From Eledone cirrhosa (Eukaryota), in NCBI GenBank assembly GCA_964016885.1, contig OZ024746.1, forward strand, positions 26,102,001-26,166,000: a stretch of 64,000 nt of DNA, written 5' to 3'. Made by a program: the position numbers and the translations under genes. The notes under the pieces were generated by a model. That model was not told the origin of the DNA, did no database searches, and saw only the letters and a list, made by a program, of their open reading frames with translations. Of the stretch, positions 16,900 to 28,400 are shown in pieces; position 1 is the stretch's first letter, and each line of letters opens with the position of its first letter.

Positions 16900-17145
16900 T
16901 TTGCGCATAGAGGATGACCGATGGGTGAAGAAGTGCCAGGAAGTCCCAGTGGAGGGAAGACGCAGTAGAGGTAGACCACGAAAAACATGGGCGGAGGTGG
17001 TGAGAGCAGACCTCAGATCGCTGAAACTCACCCAGGAGAAGACAAAGGACAGGGACGGGTGGAGAGATGCTGTGCTGAATAGGACCCGTCCAACCCTTGC
17101 AAGCAAGGAAAAGTGAATGTAAAATGATGATGATGATGATGATGA

Positions 17146-17148
<3 letters not shown>
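16900..17148 (+). mobile_element. RTE-clade LINE 3' fragment
   Basis: RIEDDRWVKKCQEVPVEGRRSRGRPRKTW...; (GAT)n tail. Confidence 0.85.
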
Positions 17149-17191
<43 letters not shown>

Positions 17192-17550
17192 CTCAATGGT
17201 GTGTAATTTATTTCAGTATTTATAATTTATAAATTTTTTTCATAACCCATTTTTTAGATATTTCACAAATATACTTGATGTATATGATGAGATATAGATC
17301 AATATATGTGTGTGTATATAGAGTTCTATATTTTTTTATAGGTATCTTAATACTTTTTTTATAGATACCTTATATTTCTTCATAGGTATCTTAATAGTTA
17401 TTGATTTATTTATATATGAACTAGGTCTATGTGTATATATATGTGTGTGTGTGTGTAGGTAGGTATGTATACACCTTTATACCTTTACCCATTCTTTTAT
17501 TTATATGGCTTAAATATATATGTATGCATAAATAAATGTGTGTGTATGTG

Positions 17551-17583
<33 letters not shown>

Positions 17584-17671
17584 GTGTGTGTGTGTGTGTG
17601 TGTACAGCTCATATCTATTAGAATGTGTATACATTTCTTTGGGGCACCCTATATATATATATAAGTAGAAG

Positions 17672-17900
17672 TGGTATTTAATTTGTTGGAAGTCCAACAA
17701 ACATAAATGTTTATAACTGATTTAGAGCACTCAACAGACCATGGAGTAAATATTCAATGATATTAAATAAATGTTTATAAAACCATATTTATTTTATTAT
17801 ATATATTTCAAGGGTACCAAGACAACATTGGTATGCTTTCATCAGATAAAATCCAAAGTTTGTTTTATAAATAGAGACATACCCATGAAAATCATACCTT
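17672..17900 (-). mobile_element. Family B hammerhead element, diverged single-arm copy
   Basis: Reverse-complement homology to 14691-14920. Confidence 0.75.
17791..17852 (-). ncRNA. Minimal type-I hammerhead ribozyme
   Basis: Minus strand: ATTTTAT-CTGATGA-AAGCATACCAA.TGTTGTC.TTGGTACCCTT-GAAA-T-ATAT-A-TA-ATAAAAT. Confidence 0.75.
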
Positions 17901-17929
17901 ATCGGTTGGAAATTGTCTCTCTCTCTCTC

Positions 17930-17985
<56 letters not shown>

Positions 17986-18633
17986 TGATGGTGAGAAAGT
18001 GTTGTTTTGCACTTTTCAACAATGTTTTGTTCATGTGGTTTCATGTGGTACAGGATATTAAGAGTTAAAGGATTCCTATTAAAATTAAAATTTTCCAACA
18101 TAATTTGATATAAGAATCTTTTGTTAAGTTATATCTTAATAATCAAATAATTAAAAATGTTGCTAATTCTGTCAAAATTCTTCATTGATTGATCCAAATT
18201 AAAAGTATGGTAACAAAAGGATTAATGTAAATTCTCAGACAGAAATAGTATGACCCATTATGTAAGAAGCTTAGACCTTTGAGTTACATGTATAACACCT
18301 CTGATGGACATCAACACAGTTTCTGTCTACCAAATTTCACTCCCTAGCCTGTGTTGACTGAAAACAATGATGTCTTGTAATGTGATTGAACCCAGGATCT
18401 CATGATTGCTAAAAAGAACTTCTTAAGAAAAGTATTAGCTTACTTAAACTTATTTGAAGAACTCTTGTTCTGTTTTTCTACCATTAACCATTATTTACAT
18501 ATATTCTATCTTTAGGCATTTTGTCTCCAAGAATGTTCATTGTTCTCCAGGGAATTCAAAACATTAACAAAAATTATTCGTTAGAATTTCTAAGAATTTT
18601 TTTCTAGTGAAAACTGGTATGCTTTATGTTTTC

Positions 18634-18692
18634 TACGAGGGTTGGCTGAAAAGTTTATAGGCTGATTATGAAGGAGTGGTGCTAGAGCTGTT
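18634..18692. mobile_element. Mariner-type MITE terminal fragment
   Basis: TA+CGAGGGTTGGCTGAAAAGTT terminus; inverted homolog ends at 22494. Confidence 0.6.
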
Positions 18693-19014
18693 AGATCTTA
18701 TCTATTGAGCCTACAAAACTTGAATTCAAAATACATAGTAAAATGTAAATGTACATAAAATGGAACTGAAGCTCAAACACTAGTATATGCAGCAGTTATA
18801 TATATATGTGTGTCTAACCCATGCTAGCATGGAAAGATGGATGTAAAACGGTGATAGTGATGATGATGTTAATGATCACATTTGTTTATAATATTGTGGT
18901 TGAAAATTTGAAAATTGAATTAGAACTTTTGCTTCATTTTGACTACAGAAAATCGTCTAATATCAGGGCAAATAAGCCCCTTTAATGTCGAAAAAAACAA
19001 ACAAACGAAAATGG

Positions 19015-19090
19015 GTATCAGCACAAGTGGGAATCGAACCCACACTTCTTATTGCTTGGATATGTGTGCTAGCTGATTACACCAACTTTC
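19015..19090 (-). pseudogene. tRNA-like sequence (tRNA pseudogene or SINE head)
   Basis: Minus strand: A-box TGGTGTAATCAG and T-arm GTGGG-TTCGATT-CCCAC; anticodon arm not convincing. Confidence 0.5.
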
Positions 19091-19441
19091 CCTCCCGATT
19101 TATATATATTCAACCTATGAAACTTCTATTCTAAATGCATGGTACATTCTATGTAAAATAGACGTGTGACTTATACACACATATATATATATAGGAGAAA
19201 GTTTAACCCCGACGGCAGAGCTCAAGCTGTTTCAACGGCTATATATAATAGAAAACGAAAAATCAGTAATGCATCTGAACTCAATTTATTGTGTGTTACA
19301 ATTGTTTCACTGGTGGACAGCTCGAGATGCGATCATTGTGTGAATCTGTCTGATTCTGGACCCGCAGGTTCGACGGACACGTCTAATGATTTCGGAGCAT
19401 ATTCTCTCACATACCGCCTATGGAAGCATCTTAGCTACCAT

Positions 19442-19479
<38 letters not shown>

Positions 19480-19889
19480 ACAATTACATACACACACGCA
19501 CAGGTATATGCAGCAATTGAAATCTGAAAACATCCACTAAATATTCTACTTCCAAATATATTTAGTTCTGTCACTAGTTTTTCTTCTATATGTATTTCCC
19601 TTAAATCCCCTTCTATAATAGTTTATACAATCTGACTTGAATATAATTCATTGATCATCTTTTTATGTTTTCAACTCCATATTTTCAATGGTATATTCTC
19701 TGATTGTTCTATGGTGCCATATTTCTACATGAATACATATTTTGGCAATAGAAATTCAACTCCTGATCTCTTAACAATGAAGCTCTGTAGCATGACCCTA
19801 TATTTCTTACAATAAATGGATTACAATGCTCATCTCTACTCCATTACATAACCAGGTTATTAACATGTTTTAATATACACTGTTCAAAA

Positions 19890-20410
19890 AGTAGACAGAG
19901 GGACAGGGATGAGAGAGGTGTGGGAGGTGAGAGAGGAAGAGGCAGATAAAGGAGAGAGGTGTGGGAGGAAAGAGAGAGAGAAATGAGAGAAGAAAAAATA
20001 AAGGTGTAAAGGGGAGAAGAGGGGGAGAAAAAAGAGTGGTCTGAGAGAAGAGTAGATAGATGTAAGGGAACATGGAGATGTGAGAAGAGAAGAGAAAGGA
20101 AAGAAATAGGAGAATAGGAAATAGAGAGGGGAGAGAGATGTGAGAGAAGAGAAAAGAGATGAGATAGATTAGGGAGTAGAAAGAGGTGTGAGAGAAGAGA
20201 AAGAGAGAGGAGAGATGTAAGAGAAGAGGGAGTTAAAAGAGGTGTGAAAGATGAGGAAGTAGAGAGAGTTATGTGAAGAGGAAAGAAAACAGGAAGTAGA
20301 GAGAGGAAAGAAAAGGGGAAGTAGAGAGAGGTGTGAGAGGAGAGAGAATATAGAAAGATGTGAAAGATGAGGTAGTAAAGAGAGGATAGGATAGGAGAGA
20401 AAGATAAAAG
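19890..20410. repeat. Purine-rich (GA) low-complexity tract
   Basis: Directly visible. Confidence 0.85.
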
Positions 20411-21234
20411 TATTACAAACCAATAGACAAAATGGATATTATATTGCTAAAGTTGTTGTAGCTAAACGAAGCAGTTACTCTTTGCACAAAAGATAAGCAA
20501 TGGGGACATTTCTGAGCAAGACAATACACATTATATATTTGGTCATTAAATCTTAGAAATATGTTTAACTTACTTGAAATCATAAACTTTTATATAATAT
20601 TTTGTTTGGTTTGAGCCTGTAAAAATACATAAAAAGAGAAAAAGAATAAGTATCAAATCTAGAAAACTGGATCAATGAATTTTGAAAAATCATTTATTTT
20701 CAATATTTTGGGCAATAGACCCTATTCAAATATTTTAACAAAAGAAAATGTATAACAAACTTTAATAGAAAATTGAAGAATAGATTTGAATAATAAAATT
20801 TAGGCTTATTGTGACTATTTTTCAGTGCTGAGGAATCTTCAGTTTTATACAATGGTTTAGTTTCAAACAATGTTCTTCCCCACCAACATAAACAATAATA
20901 AGAGGTTTTTTTTTAAATTTTAACCCAAGGAAGAATGTAATTAGTTTTCTTTCTTCTTCACATTTTGACTTTTTATAAAATTTAATAAGGAAATACACAA
21001 ATATAATTAGATAATAACAATACTGAGATGGTAGCAATAGTTAATTAATTAAAACATGTTTTGACAGGATTATCAACTTTAATTCAATATTTTGAGATTT
21101 AACCCTTTTGATACCAAGCCAACTGAAACTGCCCTTGGTTTTATGATACAAAACTGCTTTTTTTACATAGTTCATATTTATTTTTAAAACATTCCATCCT
21201 AATTTTATGGAAGAAATTTTGCTCAAAATTTTGC

Positions 21235-21458
21235 TTAACCCTTTAGCATTTACATTACCCTATATATACTATTGTATTTTTGTGGTAAAAGCTTTACCTC
21301 ACAATTATCTCACATAATATCAAATCTATGACATTTTGATATTTATTTTGAGAACAATATCTTAACATCAGTATGAGTGGCCAGTTATGGCTGGTTTCAA
21401 CAGAAAGAAGTGAGAGAATTCTGGCCGGATACAGCCGGTTTAAATGCTAAAGAGTTAA
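21235..21458 (+). mobile_element. TTAA-flanked ~220-bp piggyBac-like MITE
   Basis: TTAA-CCCTTTAGCATTTA ... TAAATGCTAAAGAG-TTAA TIRs; copies at 39678-39906 and 58059-58284. Confidence 0.8.
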
Positions 21459-21480
21459 TAAAGAAAAAGTTAGATATTTT

Positions 21481-21920
21481 CATCATCATCATCACCGTTT
21501 TACGTCCGTTCTTCCACGCTAGCATGGGTTAGACGGGTTGTCCTGTTGTGGGCAGTGTCTGGTCGGCTGACCATGCCTTGCTCATACAGGAACTGATTTG
21601 GCTTGATTTCTACAGCTGGATGCCCTTCCCAACACCAACCTCATTTACAGTGAGTGCTGGGTGCTTTTTCGTGGTGCCTATACGTCCACTTTACAGTGTG
21701 GGCTGGGTGCTTTTTTGCCGTGGCACCTCCACGACCACCTTGCAGTGGGGGTGTGGGGGCATATTGTCTATATGCATCAGCTTGTACCCATGGGAGGTCG
21801 GGTACTCTGTATTACTGCGTGACGCCAGAGGTCGTGTGTCATCGCCTTTGAGAGGTGTAATTGGGTAAGGTTGGCTTTTATCACCTCATCCCAGGTCATC
21901 TTGGGTCTCCCCACTCCGAC
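21481..21920 (-). mobile_element. RTE-clade LINE 3' fragment
   Basis: Reverse-complement homolog of 8280-8706; (CAT)n tail. Confidence 0.85.
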
Positions 21921-22317
21921 TAAATAAAATTTTTTAAAATTATTATTTACAAAGATATTCGAAAATCTAAGGCAGTTTCTATCATTAGAAATATAGTAAT
22001 GAAAGAGTTAATACATGGAATATTTTATGAGAAAAACTTTCTATTCAACATCACTATTTCAAATGAATTTACAATGTAGATAATTTGGAGTTGTATTTGT
22101 TTGGCAAGTGACTTGATCTGAGACTGTGTTGAAACTAAAGTAATTACAGCATGGAAGAGTCATTTTAGCTTTTCAAAAATACACAAAAACTGTTAACTTC
22201 ACTTTATATTTATCAATTATTTTAGAGTGTCAAATATTTTTGTTCTCTTATCAACCTGGTCACTGAATCAGAAATTTTCACAAGAAATAAATGATAAATG
22301 TAAAGTGAATTTAACAG

Positions 22318-22494
22318 ATGCTGACCAAGAAACACTCATGGAATGATCAAATGGGGTTTATTTTTCAACAGAGTCCCTAGAAAGAAACTTTGCTGTTACT
22401 AATAAGAAGGGTTATAATTAATGCATGCAAGATTTCACAGCTCTAGTATCAATCCTTCATAGTCAGCCTACAAACTTTTCAGCCAACCCTCGTA
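22318..22494. mobile_element. Mariner-type MITE, truncated
   Basis: Ends AACTTTTCAGCCAACCCTCG-TA; GCTGACCAAG at left resembles a decayed partner TIR. Confidence 0.6.
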
Positions 22495-22819
22495 AACCAA
22501 ATTATGTGTTAAACTAACAGGAATGAAGGAAGATATTATAGCAGTGTATTCCGGTTTTTAAAATAGATAAACTTTGTGTTGTAAGAGATAAGTGCTGGTG
22601 TCAGGAAGAAGCATCTGGTCACAAAACTGCCTCAAAAGGACTTATCCAACCCATACCAGCATGGAAAAGCAATTGTAAAAATGATGGTGGTGATGGTGGT
22701 ATGAATGTTTATGTCAGCATGGGCTGAGAACTATTACATTCCCATAAAAATACAGATTCTCACCCAACACTGTAATAATTTATTTTCTGAGATTTTCAAT
22801 TAAAAGACTGTTCCTGACA

Positions 22820-23038
22820 TTTCACATCATGATGAAGTCTTTCTACCAGTCATAGCTTTTTTCCTCAAATTGCTAGACTTAGGAACGCTCTTCCATCTCA
22901 TTGTTTCCCTCCTTTGACCTGAACTCTTTCAAGTCTAAAGTAAATTCAGTCCTTTCATCTTAATTTTTCCTTCATAATCCCTTACAATAAGTGGCTTCAT
23001 GCTTTGTTTGGGACTTTCTAATAATAATAAAAATAAAA
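22820..23038 (+). mobile_element. Decayed CR1/L2-like LINE 3' end
   Basis: Conceptual SFFP..ARL.NALPS..FP..DLNSFKSKVN-like terminus followed by a (TAA)n/A tail. Confidence 0.45.
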
Positions 23039-23189
23039 AGCCTGACAACCTTGTACAAACCTACATTAATTTCATTAAAAGATCTTCCCATTTTCTTGTG
23101 CAAGAACAGGCCTGTAAGTTTGTAGGTGGTGGGTGCCCCAGCATAGCCACAGTCCTGCTACAAATGAAGGAATAAGCAAATGCTGAGAC

Positions 23190-23580
23190 ACAGGCATGGC
23201 TATGTGGTTAAAGAATTCACTTTGCAAACTCATGGTTCTGGATTCAGCCTCACTGTGCAGCCCCTTTGAGCAAGTGTCTTCTACTATAGCCTCAGATTGA
23301 CTAATGTCTTGTGAGTGGAATTTGGTAGATGGAAATTGCAGAAAAAGTTGTATATAAATATGTGTGTGTGTGTGCGCCTCTATGTGTACCTTTGTGCGTG
23401 TGAACTTCTGTGTGTGTGCTTATGTCCTGTAACTTAGAAGTAAAACAAAAAAAGAGAGATCAATAAAATAAGTACCAAACTTGAAAAAGTAAGTAATGGG
23501 TCAATTTGATTGGCCTAGTCAAAGCAATGCCCCAGCATGGCTGCAGTCTAATGACTGAAACCAGTAAAAGAATAAAATAA
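23190..23580 (+). mobile_element. tRNA-derived CORE-like SINE with internal (TG)n
   Basis: GGCATGGCTATGTGGTTAAAG head, TTGAGCAAGTGTCTTCTACTATAGCC core, GCCCCAGCATGGCTGCAGTCTAATGACTGAAAC tail; related at 34430-34665, 47660-47815, 52937-53080. Confidence 0.7.
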
Positions 23581-23869
23581 TACAAGATGTAAAGTTAACA
23601 AGATTTCTTTCTTTTGTCAACTAAATATACAGAAGTACAGATCAATACACTTGATCTTATTGATTTAACAATCACACTGATCTCTCCTAAGAATCTTTCC
23701 TAACAATTTCTCCAAACAAGCTCTCTTAGCAATCTTTCCAAACAATCACTGATATACATCTCACAACATCAACATGGCAATGAATATATCTTTACAGAGT
23801 CAGAAAATATTTCAGTTCCTAACAATTGTTAAATAATAACAAACACTTAAGTGTCACCCACAATGGAGC

Positions 23870-26280
23870 ATTGCTCCCTCATGTGGGGAGGTAATGCTAC
23901 ATATACAGACATCCTAGATTACATTACAGTACTGCTCCCTCATGTGGGGAGGTAATGCTACATATACAGACATCCTAGGTCACATTACAGTACTGCTCCC
24001 TCATGTGAGGAGGTAATGCTACATATACAGACATCCTAGGTCACATTACAGTACTGCTCCCTCATGTGGGGAGGTAATGCTACATATACAGACATCCTAG
24101 GTCACATTACAGTACTGCTCCCTCATGTGAGGAGGTAATGCTACATATACAAACATCCTAGGTCACATTACAGTACTGCTCCCTCATGTGGGGAGGTAAT
24201 GCTACATATACAGACATCCTAGGTCACATTACAGTACTGCTCCCTCATGTGAGGAGGTAATGCTACATATACAGACATCCTAGGTCACATTACAGTACTG
24301 CTCCCTCGTGTGAGGAGGTAATGCTACATATACAGACATCCTAGGTCACATTACAGTACTGCTCCCTCATGTGGGGAGGTAATGCTACATATACAGACAT
24401 CCTAGGTCACATTACAGTACTGCACCCTCATGTGAGGAGGTAATGCTACATATACAGACATCCTAGGTCACATTACAGTACTGCACCCTCATGTGAGGAG
24501 GTAATGCTACATATACAGACATCCTAGGTCACATTACAGTACTGCACCCTCATGTGAGGAGGTAATGCTACATATACAGACATCCTAGGTCACATTACAG
24601 TACTGCACCCTCATGTGAGGAGGTAATGCTACATATACAGACATCCTAGGTCACATTACAGTACTGCACCCTCATGTGAGGAGGTAATGCTACATATACA
24701 GACATCCTAGGTCACATTACAGTACTGCACCCTCATGTGAGGAGGTAATGCTACATATACAGACATCCTAGGTCACATTACAGTACTGCACCCTCATGTG
24801 AGGAGGTAATGCTACATATACAGACATCCTAGGTCACATTACAGTACTGCACCCTCATGTGAGGAGGTAATGCTACATATACAGACATCCTAGGTCACAT
24901 TACAGTACTGCTCCCTCATGTGAGGAGGTAATGCTACATATACAGACATCCTAGGTCACATTACAGTACTGCACCCTCATGTGAGGAGGTAATGCTACAT
25001 ATACAGACATCCTAGGTCACATTACAGTACTGCTCCCTCATGTGAGGAGGTAATGCTACATATACAGACATCCTAGGTCACATTACAGTACTGCACCCTC
25101 ATGTGAGGAGGTAATGCTACATATACAGACATCCTAGGTCACATTACAGTACTGCACCCTCATGTGAGGAGGTAATGCTACATATACAGACATCCTAGGT
25201 CACATTACAGTACTGCACCCTCATGTGAGGAGGTAATGCTACATATACAGACATCCTAGGTCACATTACAGTACTGCTCCCTCATGTGAGGAGGTAATGC
25301 TACATATACAGACATCCTAGGTCACATTACAGTACTGCACCCTCATGTGAGGAGGTAATGCTACATATACAGACATCCTAGGTCACATTACAGTACTGCT
25401 CCCTCATGTGGGGAGGTAATGCTACATATACAGACATCCTAGGTCACATTACAGTACTGCTCCCTCATGTGGGGAGGTAATGCTACATATACAGACATCC
25501 TAGGTCACATTACAGTACTGCACCCTCATGTGGGGAGGTAATGCTACATATACAGACATCCTAGATCACATTACAGTACTGCTCCCTCATGTGGGGAGGT
25601 AATGCTACATATACAGACATCCTAGGTCACATTACAGTACTGCACCCTCATGTGAGGAGGTAATGCTACATATACAGACATCCTAGGTCACATTACAGTA
25701 CTGCTCCCTCATGTGGGGAGGTAATGCTACATATACAGACATCCTAGGTCACATTACAGTACTGCACCCTCATGTGGGGAGGTAATGCTACATATACAGA
25801 CATCCTAGATCACATTACAGTACTGCTCCCTCATGTGGGGAGGTAATGCTACATATACAGACATCCTAGGTCACATTACAGTACTGCACCCTCACGTGAG
25901 GAGGTAATGCTACATATACAGACATCCTAGGTCATATTACAGTACTGCACCCTCATGTGGGGAGGTAATGCTACATATACAGACATCCTAGGTCACATTA
26001 CAGTACTGCTCCCTGATGTGGAGAGGTAATGCTACATATACAGACATCCTAGATCACATTACAGTACTGCTCCCTCATGTGGGGAGGTAATGCTACATAT
26101 ACAGACATCCTAGATCACATTACAGTACTGCTCCCCCATGTGGAGAGGTAATGCTACATATACAGACATCCTAGATCACATTACAGTACTGCTCCCCCAT
26201 GTGGGGAGGTAATGCTACATATACAGACATCCTAGATCACATTTCACTACTGCTCCCTATGTGGGGAGGTAATGCTGTTC
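23870..26280. repeat. 61-bp tandem satellite, about 39 copies
   Basis: Unit CAGTACTGC(T/A)CCCTCATGTG(G/A)GGAGGTAATGCTACATATACAGACATCCTAGGTCACATTA; +1 register shift per 60-nt line. Confidence 0.97.
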
Positions 26281-27518
26281 CCTCATATGGTAGCGCTGTT
26301 GCCACATACACACAGACCAATAGACAGACCCACGAAAGACTACAGTTCTCCCACATCTGGACGGACACACAAACACGTTAATGTCTTTTCTTGAAGCTGT
26401 CAAATTGCCCCTATTTAAACAGAACATCACTAGACAAAAGCATTAAAAAATGTATTTATTTCTTAAGATATTGGACATTTCTTATTTCAGTTCTTCAAGA
26501 AAAAAAAAACTCTCAGAAATATCCTGTACAAAATAAAGAAGCAGATGCATTAAAGAATCTAAAGTCTGTCTCAAGCTTGGTGGTTCATCAGGCTGGTTCT
26601 TCTGGTGTTCATGGCATTAAGTGACTGAGGGTAAAAGGCCCCTCACACAGCGTTAAAGCTCCAGCTATAGCTGGTACTCATTTTCAGCTGAGTGTATTGG
26701 AGCAATGTGAAATGAAGTGTTTTGTTCAAGAACACAACACACAACCCAGTCCAGGAATTAAACCCATGACATTATTATTGTAAGTACAACATGCACAAAA
26801 CTAGGCCATGCACTTCCACCATTAAAGAATGACATCTTTAATAATTTAACAACTAATACATTGTTGTTGTTAGACCGCTGTCAGTTCTGATGGTCACTGT
26901 TCCAGCTGTTTGATCAATCAATGGAACAGCCTGGTCAGTCACTTGCACATACATTTTATGAGCAGGCTGTTCCATTGATCAAACAGGGAGACATGTTATC
27001 AGAACTTGATAGAGATATAACAACATGTCTGTGGAATACTCAGCCACTTATATGTTAATTTCATGAGCTGTTCTATTGACCAAACTGGGAAACTCATGAT
27101 CAGAACTTGATGGAGGTACAACACCCAACTAACCAATATTAAATATTTCGACATTTAATAAAACTATTTCAATTTTCTATTTTATTAATGTGGCTGATTG
27201 TCGTATCAGGCTTTATTGAGATGAGAGTGAAATTACATTTTAGCTGCTATAGAAAAGAGCTTTTACAAAGATTCAATGAATCCATGTATCTCCCCTTATA
27301 ACCATAAACGTAGTGCTATATATTATATATATTATCATCTTGTCAGTTACATCTTTAAACCACAATATCCTGATTTCTGTACTCAGGTCAAAGTTGCATA
27401 TTTACTAAATAGTCACCACATTTCTTTCAATCCACACACACGTGTATGTATATGTAGGTATGTATGTATATATATAAGTATGTATGTATGTATGAATATG
27501 TATGGTACGTAGTGTATG

Positions 27519-27550
<32 letters not shown>

Positions 27551-27789
27551 CACACACATACATACATATATAAATGTCTTCCACGACTACTGTCCACCAC
27601 CTTAGTCCCATCTAATGTCCGGAATGTAATTGACAAGTCCTGCCTCACACCATAGCTTTGCTATGCTGCCATTCATGTTATAATGCAGCACCCGCTAGTG
27701 ACCAATTAGGACTTCCGCAATGGAATTCTGTTGTCTCCCCATGAAGTGAAAATGTGATTACTCATAGCTGCAAGGGCTGAGGTTGATCA

Positions 27790-28400
27790 ATGGAAATGGA
27801 GGGGGCAGGTGTAGAAATATGGGGAGGGAATACAAAGGAATGAGTAGAAATGGGGTGGGTGGAAATATGGGGGGTAGTGGAAATATGGAGAAGGGGCTAT
27901 GGAAATATAGTGAGAGGTGTGGGAATGTAGAAATATTGGGTGGGGAGGGAACTATAGGAGGTGGTGTGAAATATAATGATGGTAGTGGAGATATAAGGGA
28001 GAAGATATAGAGCCTTGAAAATATGGAAGGGGCTGTGAAAATATAGGAGGGCCAGGTCAATGAAAATATAGGGGGATAGGGGAGGTGTGGAAACAAATGG
28101 GTAGCTGTGGAAATATAGAGGTGTGGAAATATAGGGGGGGGGTATGGAAATAGAGGGTGTGTGTGGAAATATAAGGGTAGCTGTGGAAATATAGGGGTGG
28201 TGTAAATATATGGGTAGCTGTGGAAATATAGGGGGAGAAAGGAAAAATAGAGGAGGTATGGAAATATAGGGGTGTGTGGAAATATAGAGGTGTATGGAAA
28301 TATGTGAGTGTAGGAGTAAGGTGTGTGGTGTAGGTGTGAGGTATGAGTGCAGAGTGAGAGTAGGTGTGTATGTGGTGTGAGTGTGTGTGAGGTGTGAGGT
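27790..28400. repeat. Degenerate G-rich minisatellite (GTGGAAATATAGGG core)
   Basis: About 20 GGAAATAT motifs followed by G-runs. Confidence 0.85.

Larger units (their letters stand above)
21099..22011 (+). mobile_element. TTAA-flanked piggyBac-like MITE (larger family) carrying nested insertions
   Basis: TTAA-CCCTTTTGATACC start and GAAAGAG-TTAA end; homologs end at 43973 and 58456 and start at 63867. Confidence 0.55.

Noticed and set aside
19015-19090. Functional tRNA gene
   Set aside because: T-arm and A/B boxes present, but acceptor and anticodon stems do not pair convincingly; kept as pseudogene/SINE head.
18634-22494. 3.9-kb mariner element bounded by inverted TIRs
   Set aside because: No transposase remnant inside. 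Both matches extend into the same subterminal end, and 22318-22494 appears to be its own small MITE, so two independent fragments are more likely.
23870-26280. CRISPR-like array
   Set aside because: No unique spacers, no cas genes, eukaryotic context; it is a tandem satellite.
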